Origin: Candidatus Saccharimonadia bacterium | Lineage (GTDB): Bacteria > Patescibacteriota > Saccharimonadia > UBA4664 | Direction: 5' to 3' | NCBI GenBank assembly: GCA_035544015.1 | Contig: DATKIP010000012.1 | Coordinates: 182,393 to 246,392 of the forward strand | DNA length: 64,000 bases | Part shown: positions 1 to 8,234 of the stretch, in pieces | Position numbering within the stretch: position 1 is the first letter of the stretch | Layout: every line of letters starts with the position of its first letter | Made by a program: the position numbers and the translations under genes | The notes under the pieces: generated by a model | Databases searched by the model: none | Told to the model about the DNA's origin: nothing | Seen by the model: the letters and a program-made list of their open reading frames with translations, nothing else

Positions 1-72
1 TCACACTATGCGCATCGGCCAAGCTAGCCGTCACGATCCTCAGCCCATTCTCGAGTGTCGTCTCTGCAACTT

Positions 73-705
73 TCATACCTGCCTATCTCCCTTATCTGTC
101 TTGCCTCGCGCCCACCATCGCTGCAATGGCTCCCGAAAATGCCACAATACCACTGCCACCCCGAGCACCACCACGAAGATCGATAGCCGGCCCATTTGCT
201 GCTCGATCTGCGTCAAATTACCGCCCACCGTAAACCCTATCCACACAAACAAAGCGCTCCACACCGCCGAACCCAGCGTCGTATAGATGATAAACCGATC
301 GAGCCGCATCCCCGCAATACCCGCCGGATACGCAATCAGCCCCCGCACCACCGGCAAGCAGCGGCCGAGCATCGTCATCCAGGGGCCGTATTTCTCAAAA
401 GCCGCGTGTGTCCGCGCCAAATCACGCTTCGAAATCAGCACATACTTGCCGTACCGCTCCAGCAACGGCAACCCGCCGTACCGGCCCAACGCATAACCAA
501 TCAGCCCTCCCGCCAGCTGGGCCAGCGTGCCAATCGTAAACACCGCCCACACATTAAACCGGCCCGAAGCCGATAACGTGCCACCGAGCACCAACAGCAC
601 CTCTGAGGGCAACGGCACGCCAAAGCTATCGAGCACCAAGCCCGCCGCCAGGCCGCCATAGCCCAGCTGCGAAAGCAAATCTATTGCGATTTGAGTCAAA
701 TGCAT
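73..705 (-). CDS. DedA/SNARE-associated (TVP38/TMEM64 family) inner-membrane protein
   Basis: 210-aa ORF, multi-TM. DedA-like core (…LPLPSEVLLVLGG…, G-rich TM helices, C-terminal KRDLARTHAAFEKYG). Confidence 0.75.
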   Translation of the reverse strand: MHLTQIAIDLLSQLGYGGLAAGLVLDSFGVPLPSEVLLVLGGTLSASGRFNVWAVFTIGTLAQLAGGLIGYALGRYGGLPLLERYGKYVLISKRDLARTHAAFEKYGPWMTMLGRCLPVVRGLIAYPAGIAGMRLDRFIIYTTLGSAVWSALFVWIGFTVGGNLTQIEQQMGRLSIFVVVLGVAVVLWHFREPLQRWWARGKTDKGDRQV

Positions 706-2640
706 CTACCGCATTATAAGGGTCTCAACCTGATGTTTCAAAGCCCGCCCCCGCAAACTCTGCGGATCAAGCTTGAGCGCCCGGTCGGCCGCTGCCCCAG
801 CGCGGTCCAAATCCCCCTGGCCGAGGTACACATTACCCCGGAGCGCCTCCAGATTGGCCAAGGTCGGCGCCACCGTCTCGTCCGAGCCACGATTGCTCAC
901 CACCTCGGGCGGATACTGCGCCAGCATGGCCTCCGCCACCTGCAGCGCCTCCGCCGGCTGATTCTCGCGCATCAAGAGCGCCGCCAGATCGAGCGCGTAA
1001 TCCGGATGATTAAAGCGATCGAGCGCCAGCGCCCGCCGAAACGCCGCCGCCGCACCCTTCGCGTCACCCATGGCCGCCAACACCCGGCCCTCCAGCTGAT
1101 GATGCTGGCCGTCGTAGCGATCCAGCGCCTCCGCCCGCCGCGCCCGCTCCAGCGCCGCCTGGTACCCCGTCTGCCGACCTTCCGGATACAAGCTCGCCAT
1201 CGTGTACAGATTAATCCCCTCCGCGCTCACATAGTCGGGATTAAACACCCACCCCTGCTGCGCCCGAGCGAAGTCCTGCGCAGCTAGCTCGTAATCATCG
1301 TCCGCCTGCACCGCCTTGGCCCGGTTGGCCCAAGTATCGCTCAGGTACAAGTTCACCAACGGCGCCACCGCCACCAGCGCCACCAGCGGCCATTTCCAGC
1401 CAGGTCTTACCCACCTAGTTTTGCCTTGAGCGTACATCAAGCCAAAAAACACACCCACCAAACCCAGAAGGGCCGGATAACGCACATCGATATCCAAACC
1501 CATATGCATCAACAAACCCAAGGTACCCAGTGCCACCGGCACCAGCTCCGGCCGCCGCACCAGCCCCCGCAGCGAACCCAGCAGCAAGGTCAGCAACAAC
1601 CCCGCCAGCAGCATCGCCCCGGGCAACCCCAATTCCGCCAACACCTGCACGTACACGTTGTGAGCGCTGGTACTGGCGCTCACCACCCGCTGCTGGTAGC
1701 TCGGATGCACATCGCCATAGGTTCCGGCACCCACCCCGAGCACTGGGTGCTCAAACCACATATTGAGCGCGCTACTCAGAAACCGCAGCCGGTCGCTACC
1801 ACTGCTCGACTCACCCTTCACCGCCTCACTAAACCGCGATCCCGGGGCCACTTTAGCCGTATGCTGGTCCGTCAAAGTACTCACCCGAACCAACCCGTAG
1901 CTCAGTCCCACGGCGACCACCACAGTGAACACAAATTTTATCCAAAAACTCCGATTGAGCTTTACCAAAAGCAAATACAGCAGAACAACAACTATCAACA
2001 CAGCGCTCGCCGCCCGCGAATCGGTCAACAAAAAGGCTGCCAAAAACACTGCGGTCGCCGCCAACCACCCGTACAAGCCACGGCTCCGCTCCCGCCGCCG
2101 AATCTGATCAACGCCCCACACCACGGCCGGTATCAAATACGCCGCCGCTGGGTTAGCCCAGTAAAACGTACCCGTGAGGCGACCATACTCACTCGTGAGA
2201 TACATCCAAATGGCCGCCAAGGCAAACACACCCGCCGAGATTACGTAGGCATTTACGAGCCATTTTCTACCCACTTCATCGCCCGATATACTATAAGCGA
2301 GGCGAAAAGCCAGCGCCGCCATTACCCACTGAACCACCCACACCGCCGTCGAATACCGATTGGCCGTCCAAAGCAAAGACAATAATGCCAAGCCGATGAG
2401 CAGGCCAAACACCACCACCAAGGGCCCGCGCTTGAGCAGCCGCGTTTCCGCCTGACGACCCACAAGGAGCGCCCCCAACAGCAATGCAAAGCCACTAATG
2501 AGCATTGCCAGCGGCTCCTGCCCCCCACTCAGCCACGGCGCCACCGCAATCGCCAGGCACACCACCACCGCCTTCACAATCACCGGCCTCATCACCACAG
2601 TATCCATAACCCGATTGTACTCTACCTCGGACCTACCCAC
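706..2640 (-). CDS. Polytopic membrane protein with O-antigen-ligase-like (Wzy_C) domain and C-terminal TPR repeats
   Basis: 644-aa ORF. About 12 predicted TM helices and a Wzy_C-like loop (NMWFEHPVLGVGAGTYG…H) in the N-terminal two-thirds. TPR-like helical repeats in the C-terminal ~220 aa. Confidence 0.65.
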   Translation of the reverse strand: MGRSEVEYNRVMDTVVMRPVIVKAVVVCLAIAVAPWLSGGQEPLAMLISGFALLLGALLVGRQAETRLLKRGPLVVVFGLLIGLALLSLLWTANRYSTAVWVVQWVMAALAFRLAYSISGDEVGRKWLVNAYVISAGVFALAAIWMYLTSEYGRLTGTFYWANPAAAYLIPAVVWGVDQIRRRERSRGLYGWLAATAVFLAAFLLTDSRAASAVLIVVVLLYLLLVKLNRSFWIKFVFTVVVAVGLSYGLVRVSTLTDQHTAKVAPGSRFSEAVKGESSSGSDRLRFLSSALNMWFEHPVLGVGAGTYGDVHPSYQQRVVSASTSAHNVYVQVLAELGLPGAMLLAGLLLTLLLGSLRGLVRRPELVPVALGTLGLLMHMGLDIDVRYPALLGLVGVFFGLMYAQGKTRWVRPGWKWPLVALVAVAPLVNLYLSDTWANRAKAVQADDDYELAAQDFARAQQGWVFNPDYVSAEGINLYTMASLYPEGRQTGYQAALERARRAEALDRYDGQHHQLEGRVLAAMGDAKGAAAAFRRALALDRFNHPDYALDLAALLMRENQPAEALQVAEAMLAQYPPEVVSNRGSDETVAPTLANLEALRGNVYLGQGDLDRAGAAADRALKLDPQSLRGRALKHQVETLIMR

Positions 2641-2671
2641 CCTTCTCCCGACCCACGGAGACCACTATTTC

Positions 2672-2718
2672 CGAAATTACTACCTTTTTGGATAGTACCT
2701 AAAAAGGTAGTAATTTCG
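2672..2718. promoter_or_regulatory. Perfect 18-bp inverted repeat (cgaaattactaccttttt / aaaaaggtagtaatttcg) with 11-bp spacer in the divergent intergenic region upstream of the Xer recombinase gene
   Basis: Read directly. AT-rich palindrome in a GC-rich genome, placed between the divergent starts of the 706..2640 gene and the xer gene. Confidence 0.5.
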
Positions 2719-2777
2719 ATAAAACCACCTTGCCGAACAGGCCCTGAAAAAACTGGGTGCCGTGTTATCCTGAAAGC

Positions 2778-3707
2778 ATGGCCGAACTCCACCTCTCCGA
2801 ACTCGTAAACGACTTTCTCGAGCACCTCGAGATCGAGCAAAACCGCTCGCAAAAAACCATTAGCAATTACGACCATTATCTCCAGCGCCTCGTCGAATTC
2901 GCCGACGACTGTGATATCGCTAGGCTCGACGCCGAAATGGTCCGCCAATGGCGCCTCCACCTCAACCGCACCAAGGACATCACCGGCCACGAACTCACGA
3001 AAACCACCCAAAATTACCACCTCATAGCGCTCCGCAGCTTCCTCAAATACCTCGCCAAGCGCGACATCAAAGCCCTCGACAGCGCCAAAATCGAGCTCGC
3101 CAAGGTCACCCGGCCCAAAGTCACCTTTCTCGAAACCGACGAGGTCGACCGCCTGCTCGCAGCCATCGACACCTCCAATCCCGTGGGCCTGCGCGACCGC
3201 GCCGTCATCGAGCTGCTTTTTAGCGGCGGCCTCCGCGTCAGCGAGCTCGTCGACCTCAACACCGACCACATCAACCTCGAACGCCGCGAGTTTATGGTTC
3301 GCGGCAAAGGCCAAAAAGACCGCCCCATCTTCATCTCACCCCAAGCCGCCGATTGGATCAGCCGCTACCTCGAGAGCCGGCGCGACGCCTTCAAGCCGCT
3401 ATTCATCCACTACTCCGGCTCCCAGGACGGCACCGAAGCCGGCTACACCCGCCTCACCGTCCGCAGCGTGCAACGCCTCGTGAAACGCTACGCCCAGGCG
3501 GCCGGCATCACCAAAGACGTCACGCCCCACACCCTGCGCCACAGCTTCGCCACCGACCTGCTCATCAACGGCGCCGACATCCGCAGCGTGCAAGGCCTGC
3601 TCGGCCACGCCAACATTGCCACCACCCAGATCTACACCCACATCACCGATCCGCAACTCAAAGCCGTCCACGAGAAATTCCACAGCCGCAAACCCCCGGC
3701 CGAGTAA
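2778..3707 (+). CDS. Tyrosine recombinase XerC/XerD family
   Basis: N-terminal SAM-like core-binding domain. C-terminal catalytic motifs R…HxLRHSFAT…LGH…Y ([39 protein letters not shown]). Start placed at ATG 2778 (MAELHL…). Confidence 0.9.
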   Translation: MAELHLSELVNDFLEHLEIEQNRSQKTISNYDHYLQRLVEFADDCDIARLDAEMVRQWRLHLNRTKDITGHELTKTTQNYHLIALRSFLKYLAKRDIKALDSAKIELAKVTRPKVTFLETDEVDRLLAAIDTSNPVGLRDRAVIELLFSGGLRVSELVDLNTDHINLERREFMVRGKGQKDRPIFISPQAADWISRYLESRRDAFKPLFIHYSGSQDGTEAGYTRLTVRSVQRLVKRYAQAAGITKDVTPHTLRHSFATDLLINGADIRSVQGLLGHANIATTQIYTHITDPQLKAVHEKFHSRKPPAE

Positions 3708-4760
3708 TCAGCAGGCCGGCGGCGCCGACGGCACGTTGTCGATCACATCAAAGTTTTTGCACACATCCGTATCCGAATAAATCACAAAGTTGAGCATCGA
3801 AGCCGCACTTTTATTGAGCGGCAGCTTGGAAATCACCCGCCGGAACGTCTGACCCGCCCGCGCCGTCACATCAATCGTGGCCGTACCGTCCGGCACCGTC
3901 ACCGTAGCGCCCGTGCCATTCGGACCCGAACGGAATGTCATGCGATACGACGATGCCGCATACCGCGACCTCAGCCGAAACAAATAATTTTTGGCGGCGC
4001 TGAGCCCCGTCAGTACCGCGTAGCAATTATAGCCCGTGAGCGTCAAGCCGCCGGGGCTATAGGTGCGCCCCAGGTTGCCGCAATTGCCGTTCCACGGGCC
4101 ATGCCCCAGCAACGTGCCGTAAGCCACCGTGCTGACCGCCCCACCCTCGGGCACCAACACCAGATTCTGCAGCAGCGCCTGGCATCCCGCCGGCACTCCC
4201 GGCCGCGTACACACTTGGTTTGACCCAAACCCACCCGACGGATACTCCAGCACCGCTAGTTCGAGCGGCGGATCAAACGGCGAAGAAGCATACGCGGCCG
4301 CCGTGGGGAACGTGCCGCCCAACAGGGCCGGCCGATTATGGAACGCCGCCGCAATGTTGGTCGATTGATTCCACTCAATGATTACGCTCTGGTATGGCAC
4401 ATTGAGCGGATCCACCGTTTTGGCCGAATCCGGGTGATCAAGCTTACCCGTCGGATTGCCCGAAAAGCTCACGTACTGGCAGGTCCACTCGGCTGCGCCG
4501 CTCGCATCAAATCCCGTCGAAGCGTTGCAGGTGTTGTCGCCCACGCCCTGAGCAATCGTCTTGCTGAGCACCTTGCTCACCGCATCTTCCACGCCCGCTT
4601 CCGCCGAGTAATAGGCCCGCAGCGTCTGCTCCGAATCCTCAGCCTTGCGCAGCTGCAGCGACTGCAGCGACGCCATACTAATCGTGATCACGAGCAGCAG
4701 CAAGCTCAGCATGATGCAGGTTAATAGCGACACAAAGCCATTTTCAGATTGTTTTATCAT
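3708..4760 (-). CDS. Large minor pilin / PilX-like pilus assembly protein
   Basis: N-terminal hydrophobic pilin-like segment (MIKQSENGFVSLLTCIMLSLLLLVI…), ~350 aa. Last gene of a run of prepilin genes, stop adjacent to xer. Confidence 0.55.
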   Translation of the reverse strand: MIKQSENGFVSLLTCIMLSLLLLVITISMASLQSLQLRKAEDSEQTLRAYYSAEAGVEDAVSKVLSKTIAQGVGDNTCNASTGFDASGAAEWTCQYVSFSGNPTGKLDHPDSAKTVDPLNVPYQSVIIEWNQSTNIAAAFHNRPALLGGTFPTAAAYASSPFDPPLELAVLEYPSGGFGSNQVCTRPGVPAGCQALLQNLVLVPEGGAVSTVAYGTLLGHGPWNGNCGNLGRTYSPGGLTLTGYNCYAVLTGLSAAKNYLFRLRSRYAASSYRMTFRSGPNGTGATVTVPDGTATIDVTARAGQTFRRVISKLPLNKSAASMLNFVIYSDTDVCKNFDVIDNVPSAPPAC

Positions 4761-5323
4761 CGCGGCACCGCCCCCGAGGTTAAGGTTACGACTGAGCAAA
4801 ATGTCCGGTCTTGATTGGTATTGTTGCAGGCCAGCGCCGCTCCGGCACCCGCGGTGGTGCCATTGCGGCTGCCAAGGGTTACCGTCAGCTTAATCTCGGG
4901 CTTCACCACCTCCGGCCCCGATGACTCCACCGTGGCCACAAAGTTCGTCACCTGCACCACATCATTGGTGATCGCTACCGGATTTATCCGCGGCGTGGTG
5001 CAATTATCCGACCGCGTCAACACCCCCGCGTTCAAATAATACCCCCGCAGCGTTCCGCCGAGCTGGCTCAGGCACAACGTCCCCGACGGCCCAGCTCCCG
5101 GCGCGCCCACCACGCCGGCACTATCGCGCACCGAGCGCACCAGCTCAGCCATGGCCGTGCGAGCGTTGTCCTGCGCCACGTTCGACGCCAGCGCCTGATT
5201 GTGCAGATGCACGATATTGATGAACCCCGATACCACTATAAGCAGCATGAAGCCAAAAACCGCCATTGCCACCAAGAGCTCAACGAGCGTAAACCCCCGC
5301 TGCTGCGCCACCTGCCGCCTCAT
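4757..5323 (-). CDS. Type IV pseudopilin (PilW-like) with prepilin cleavage/methylation motif
   Basis: N-terminal QQRGFTLVELLVAMAVFGFMLL motif (G|FTLxE). 4-bp overlap with downstream gene. Confidence 0.65.
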   Translation of the reverse strand: MRRQVAQQRGFTLVELLVAMAVFGFMLLIVVSGFINIVHLHNQALASNVAQDNARTAMAELVRSVRDSAGVVGAPGAGPSGTLCLSQLGGTLRGYYLNAGVLTRSDNCTTPRINPVAITNDVVQVTNFVATVESSGPEVVKPEIKLTVTLGSRNGTTAGAGAALACNNTNQDRTFCSVVTLTSGAVPR

Positions 5324-5901
5324 AGACATGTCCCCGGACCCACCGCCGGCAGCACGTATTTCAAATTCGCCAACCGCGTACGGATGTGGTTTTGGGCCGG
5401 CACGCCCCCGCCGAGCGTCTGGAAGCTATAGTGCAGCTCAAAGTCATAGTTGCACGGCCGCGCTGTGATCGCCGCCGCCGAATTGTCGGCCCAAATCTCA
5501 ATAGTCGAAGTAGGCACCGAACCCACCGTAGAACCCGTCACCGGCACAAATTCCGTATTTGCCCCCACTGCCTGCGTCTCCATGTGGAAGCAGTGCTTGG
5601 TAGCGTCAAATCGGCACGGTGTTACCGGCACGTTGTCTACCCCCGGGTACGATGCACCCACACCCACCCGAAACTCATCCCAGGTATGGTTGTCGCGAAA
5701 GCTCCGCAGCGCCTCCATTTGGCGCTGGGCCTCATTCGACACCTGCGTGCGCTCCCGGGCCGTCTGGCCGGTGCGGAAGGCGCTCGTGGCCACCAGCGTC
5801 GCGCCCAGCAGCACAAACGCCAAAATCGCCAGCGCGATCACCACCTCCACCAGCGTGTCGCCTCGCTCGCGCCCTGTCTTGACCCCCGTCAGCCTCATCC
5901 C
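5320..5901 (-). CDS. Type IV pseudopilin (PilV-like)
   Basis: Motif RERGDTLVEVVIALAILAFVLL near the N-terminus. The start is ambiguous (alternative in-frame starts at 5919 or 5976). Confidence 0.55.
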   Translation of the reverse strand, partial: GMRLTGVKTGRERGDTLVEVVIALAILAFVLLGATLVATSAFRTGQTARERTQVSNEAQRQMEALRSFRDNHTWDEFRVGVGASYPGVDNVPVTPCRFDATKHCFHMETQAVGANTEFVPVTGSTVGSVPTSTIEIWADNSAAAITARPCNYDFELHYSFQTLGGGVPAQNHIRTRLANLKYVLPAVGPGTCL

Positions 5902-5950
5902 AAACCGCTTTATAACCATAAGTACCTTCAATATAGCACGCCCAGCCGCG

Positions 5951-6613
5951 CTAGTTGAGCCGTTTCGCCAGCCCACTCACATCAATCAACACCGACGACT
6001 GATGGCCGTCCGGATCGCTGAGCGTGATGGTGAGCCCCGGCGCCGCATTCGTCACCGCCGGCGCCACACACGTTCCGGTCCGAAAACTCGCCGCCACCGT
6101 CGCCACCGCGCCCGTACCCCGGCAAATATTGAGCCCACCGGCGTCGTCGCGCACAAACAGCACCCGCCGCATCTGCCCCGGCGGCGGATTATTCACGCGC
6201 ATCACCGTGCCCGGCGCCACCGTCTCGGTGTTAAAAATGCACGGCGCCGCCGCCAGCCGCGAACCTGTGGCCGCATCGATCTGGGTCGCGTAAAAATCCA
6301 GCGCAAACGTCGCCGCCGGCGCGTCCACTGCGCTCCACGCCACGCCCGCAAAAATGTACTTGGCGCCGACCGGCGAGGCCCCACCCGCACAATTCACCGA
6401 GCCGTTGCCCAGGCCGCTCACCTGCACCCCCGCCGTCGCCTGGTTGTGCGCATTGGCCACGCTCGCCACCAGCTTGTCCACGCCGGCGTCAAACTGCGCC
6501 CGGCTGCGCAAGCCGCGCTGCCCAACGAGCGCAATCACCGCAATCGCCCCCGTGATCGCAATCACGATCACTATTTCCACGAGCGTAAAACCTAGCTGCT
6601 TCCGGATAGCCAT
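5951..6613 (-). CDS. Type IV pseudopilin (FimT/GspH-like)
   Basis: N-terminus MAIRKQLGFTLVEIVIVIAITGAIAVIAL is a classic class III signal peptide. Confidence 0.65.
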   Translation of the reverse strand: MAIRKQLGFTLVEIVIVIAITGAIAVIALVGQRGLRSRAQFDAGVDKLVASVANAHNQATAGVQVSGLGNGSVNCAGGASPVGAKYIFAGVAWSAVDAPAATFALDFYATQIDAATGSRLAAAPCIFNTETVAPGTVMRVNNPPPGQMRRVLFVRDDAGGLNICRGTGAVATVAASFRTGTCVAPAVTNAAPGLTITLSDPDGHQSSVLIDVSGLAKRLN

Positions 6614-6650
6614 AAGTGCTTTGATTGTAGCACGCGCCGAGGCGGCGAGC

Positions 6651-7481
6651 TCACCCCAACCCGTTCAGCCGCAAATACCACGCCACAATCTCCCGCCCCC
6701 ACAAAAACGCCACGATCGTCCCGCCTACTAGGTACGGCCCGAACGGAATGTGGTCGTGCCGCCCCCGCCGGCGCGACGCAATCATCGCCACCCCCACGGC
6801 CGCCGCCACATTAAACGCCACCAACATCGCCACCGCCGTACCCTGCGCCCCCAGCACCAGCCCCATCGCAAACGCCAGCTTGATGTCCCCGCCGCCCATC
6901 GCCCGCCCCTTGGTGGCCCACACCAACGCGTAGAACGCCCCGCCGGCTACCAATGCCGCCGCTAGCGCCCCCCACAGCACCTGCGGACTGTGCGTCGCCA
7001 CCGCCATCGTCGCCGCATACACCACGCCTACCGCCATCAGCGGCAGCATCACTTTATCGGGCAAAATCATCCACCGCGCATCATACACCGCTAGCACAAT
7101 CAGCATTGTGGCTAGCACCAGCCAAAATCCCAACCGCACCCAATCCACTGCCCCCACCGGCGCCAGCGCGTACGCGGAGAGGCCAAACACCAGCGCCGTC
7201 ACGAGCTCCACCACCGGATGGTCCTTGATGGGCTGCCGGCAGTACCGGCACTTACCCCCCAGCGCGAGCCACGACAGCACCGGCACGAGGTCCTTCGGCG
7301 CCAGCACATGCCCACAATCCGGACACGCACTCCGCCCCCGCACCCAGCTCTTGCCCACCTTGAGCCGCCACACCATCGCATTAATCGCCGAGCCAAAAAT
7401 CAGACCGAGTATCACCCCCGCCGCCGCCAACCCCACCGCCATCTCCGAATCCACCACCATACCACCCGTCTGCGCAATCAT
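6651..7481 (-). CDS. pilD: Prepilin peptidase / N-methyltransferase (A24 family)
   Basis: Zn-finger CPDCGH…CRYC. Multi-TM. Conserved catalytic Asp context (…LAVYDARWMILPD… and GGGDIKL). Start likely ATG 7481 (MIAQTGG…), immediately downstream of an extended -10 box. Confidence 0.85.
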   Translation of the reverse strand: MIAQTGGMVVDSEMAVGLAAAGVILGLIFGSAINAMVWRLKVGKSWVRGRSACPDCGHVLAPKDLVPVLSWLALGGKCRYCRQPIKDHPVVELVTALVFGLSAYALAPVGAVDWVRLGFWLVLATMLIVLAVYDARWMILPDKVMLPLMAVGVVYAATMAVATHSPQVLWGALAAALVAGGAFYALVWATKGRAMGGGDIKLAFAMGLVLGAQGTAVAMLVAFNVAAAVGVAMIASRRRGRHDHIPFGPYLVGGTIVAFLWGREIVAWYLRLNGLG

Positions 7482-7487
7482 AACCGG

Positions 7488-7495
7488 ATTATACA
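7488..7495 (-). promoter_or_regulatory. Extended -10 element TGTATAAT six nt upstream of the pilD ATG (leaderless-type arrangement)
   Basis: Minus-strand reading …gcgTGTATAATccggttATG. No SD possible in 6 nt. Confidence 0.35.
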
Positions 7496-7498
7496 CGC

Positions 7499-7524
7499 AA
7501 AAAGAGGCCCGAAGGCCTCTTTTT
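7499..7524 (-). terminator. Rho-independent terminator after pilA (stem agaggcc-uucg-ggccucu followed by U5)
   Basis: Plus-strand aaaaagaggcccgaaggcctcttttt. Perfect 7-bp GC stem, tetraloop, flanking A/T runs. Lies between the pilA stop (7543) and the pilD start. Confidence 0.8.
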
Positions 7525-7542
7525 GCGAACTACGCCAGCAGA

Positions 7543-8007
7543 CTACTTAGTGTCACGGCAGATCGAGCCCTGCTCAAGACCCATGGATACACTATACGTG
7601 CGACCAGTGGTCCCATCACAAGATGTACCATAGCGATAAGTCACCGCACCCTGCGCCGGGTTAGCACTGAACGCACCACCGTTAGTGTAGGCAGCGCCCG
7701 TAGTGGGATCGTTAAAGTTACCACCGGTAATGTAGCTACTACCCCAAAACGCGGTCCAGTCCGGAACGGTAGCAGTACAACCACCAGCACTGGCAGAACC
7801 CGGGTAACAACCATTGTAGTTACCAGCAAAACTCTCCAGCTGAGCCGCGATACGGCTCAAGTCGTTCTTGCGCTGCGAGTCACGCCGACTCTTCTGCGCC
7901 CCGGACACCGCCAAGAAGACAATCACGAGCAGAAGACCCGCAATGGCCAAGACGAGGACGATTTCGATAAGGGTAAACCCCTTCTCTTTCTTTAGGAGAT
8001 TACTCAC
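7543..8007 (-). CDS. pilA: Type IV major pilin (PilA-like)
   Basis: MSNLLKKEKGFTLIEIVLVLAIAGLLLV… is the canonical G|FTLIE prepilin signal. 154 aa, two Cys pairs in the C-terminal half. GTG start with SD AAAGGTGA. Confidence 0.85.
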   Translation of the reverse strand: MSNLLKKEKGFTLIEIVLVLAIAGLLLVIVFLAVSGAQKSRRDSQRKNDLSRIAAQLESFAGNYNGCYPGSASAGGCTATVPDWTAFWGSSYITGGNFNDPTTGAAYTNGGAFSANPAQGAVTYRYGTSCDGTTGRTYSVSMGLEQGSICRDTK

Positions 8008-8060
8008 CTATACTCACCTTTCAATTAATTTAATGAGTTGAATCATTACAACTTGGCTTG

Positions 8061-8090
8061 AGTATGCCACTTATGCTTAAAGCTTGTCAA
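8061..8090 (-). promoter_or_regulatory. Candidate sigma70 promoter for pilA (TTGACA-N18-tgGCATACT)
   Basis: Minus-strand read cagTTGACAagctttaagcataagtgGCATACT. Perfect -35, weak -10 with upstream TG. The sigma54 alternative was rejected on spacing. Confidence 0.35.
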
Positions 8091-8234
8091 CTGAGTGTCC
8101 TGGCTGACCACTTCGGCTCCATCTAGCACAAAATCGCCGCCGGAAAACCGTTGACACGTACCCCCCTCGGTGTCGTATGCTCTCCAGGCTGGACGGCACC
8201 CGCCATCTAGTTCCTTGAGAGAAACGGAGATACC

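Noticed and set aside
1426-2385. Long plus-strand ORF (319 aa, His/Gln/Arg-rich) and many similar long ORFs antisense to well-supported genes (e.g. 5450..6595, 9192..10697, 11113..12378, 12391..13374, 14772..16565, 29689..31122, 47502..49868, 52814..54745, 58121..59317)
   Set aside because: Typical high-GC shadow ORFs. They have low-complexity Arg/Pro/His-rich translations and no motifs, and each lies opposite a gene with strong homology signatures.
2672-2718. Canonical 28-bp dif site for XerC/D
   Set aside because: The arms are 18 bp with an 11-bp spacer, and the sequence is unrelated to the dif consensus. Kept only as an unusual palindrome finding.
8040-8075. Possible sigma54 (-24/-12) promoter for pilA (TGGCAT…AAGCC)
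   Set aside because: The GG-to-GC spacing is off by one and the -12 element is not TTGC. A sigma70-like TTGACA-N18-(TG)GCATACT reading fits better, although that is weak too.
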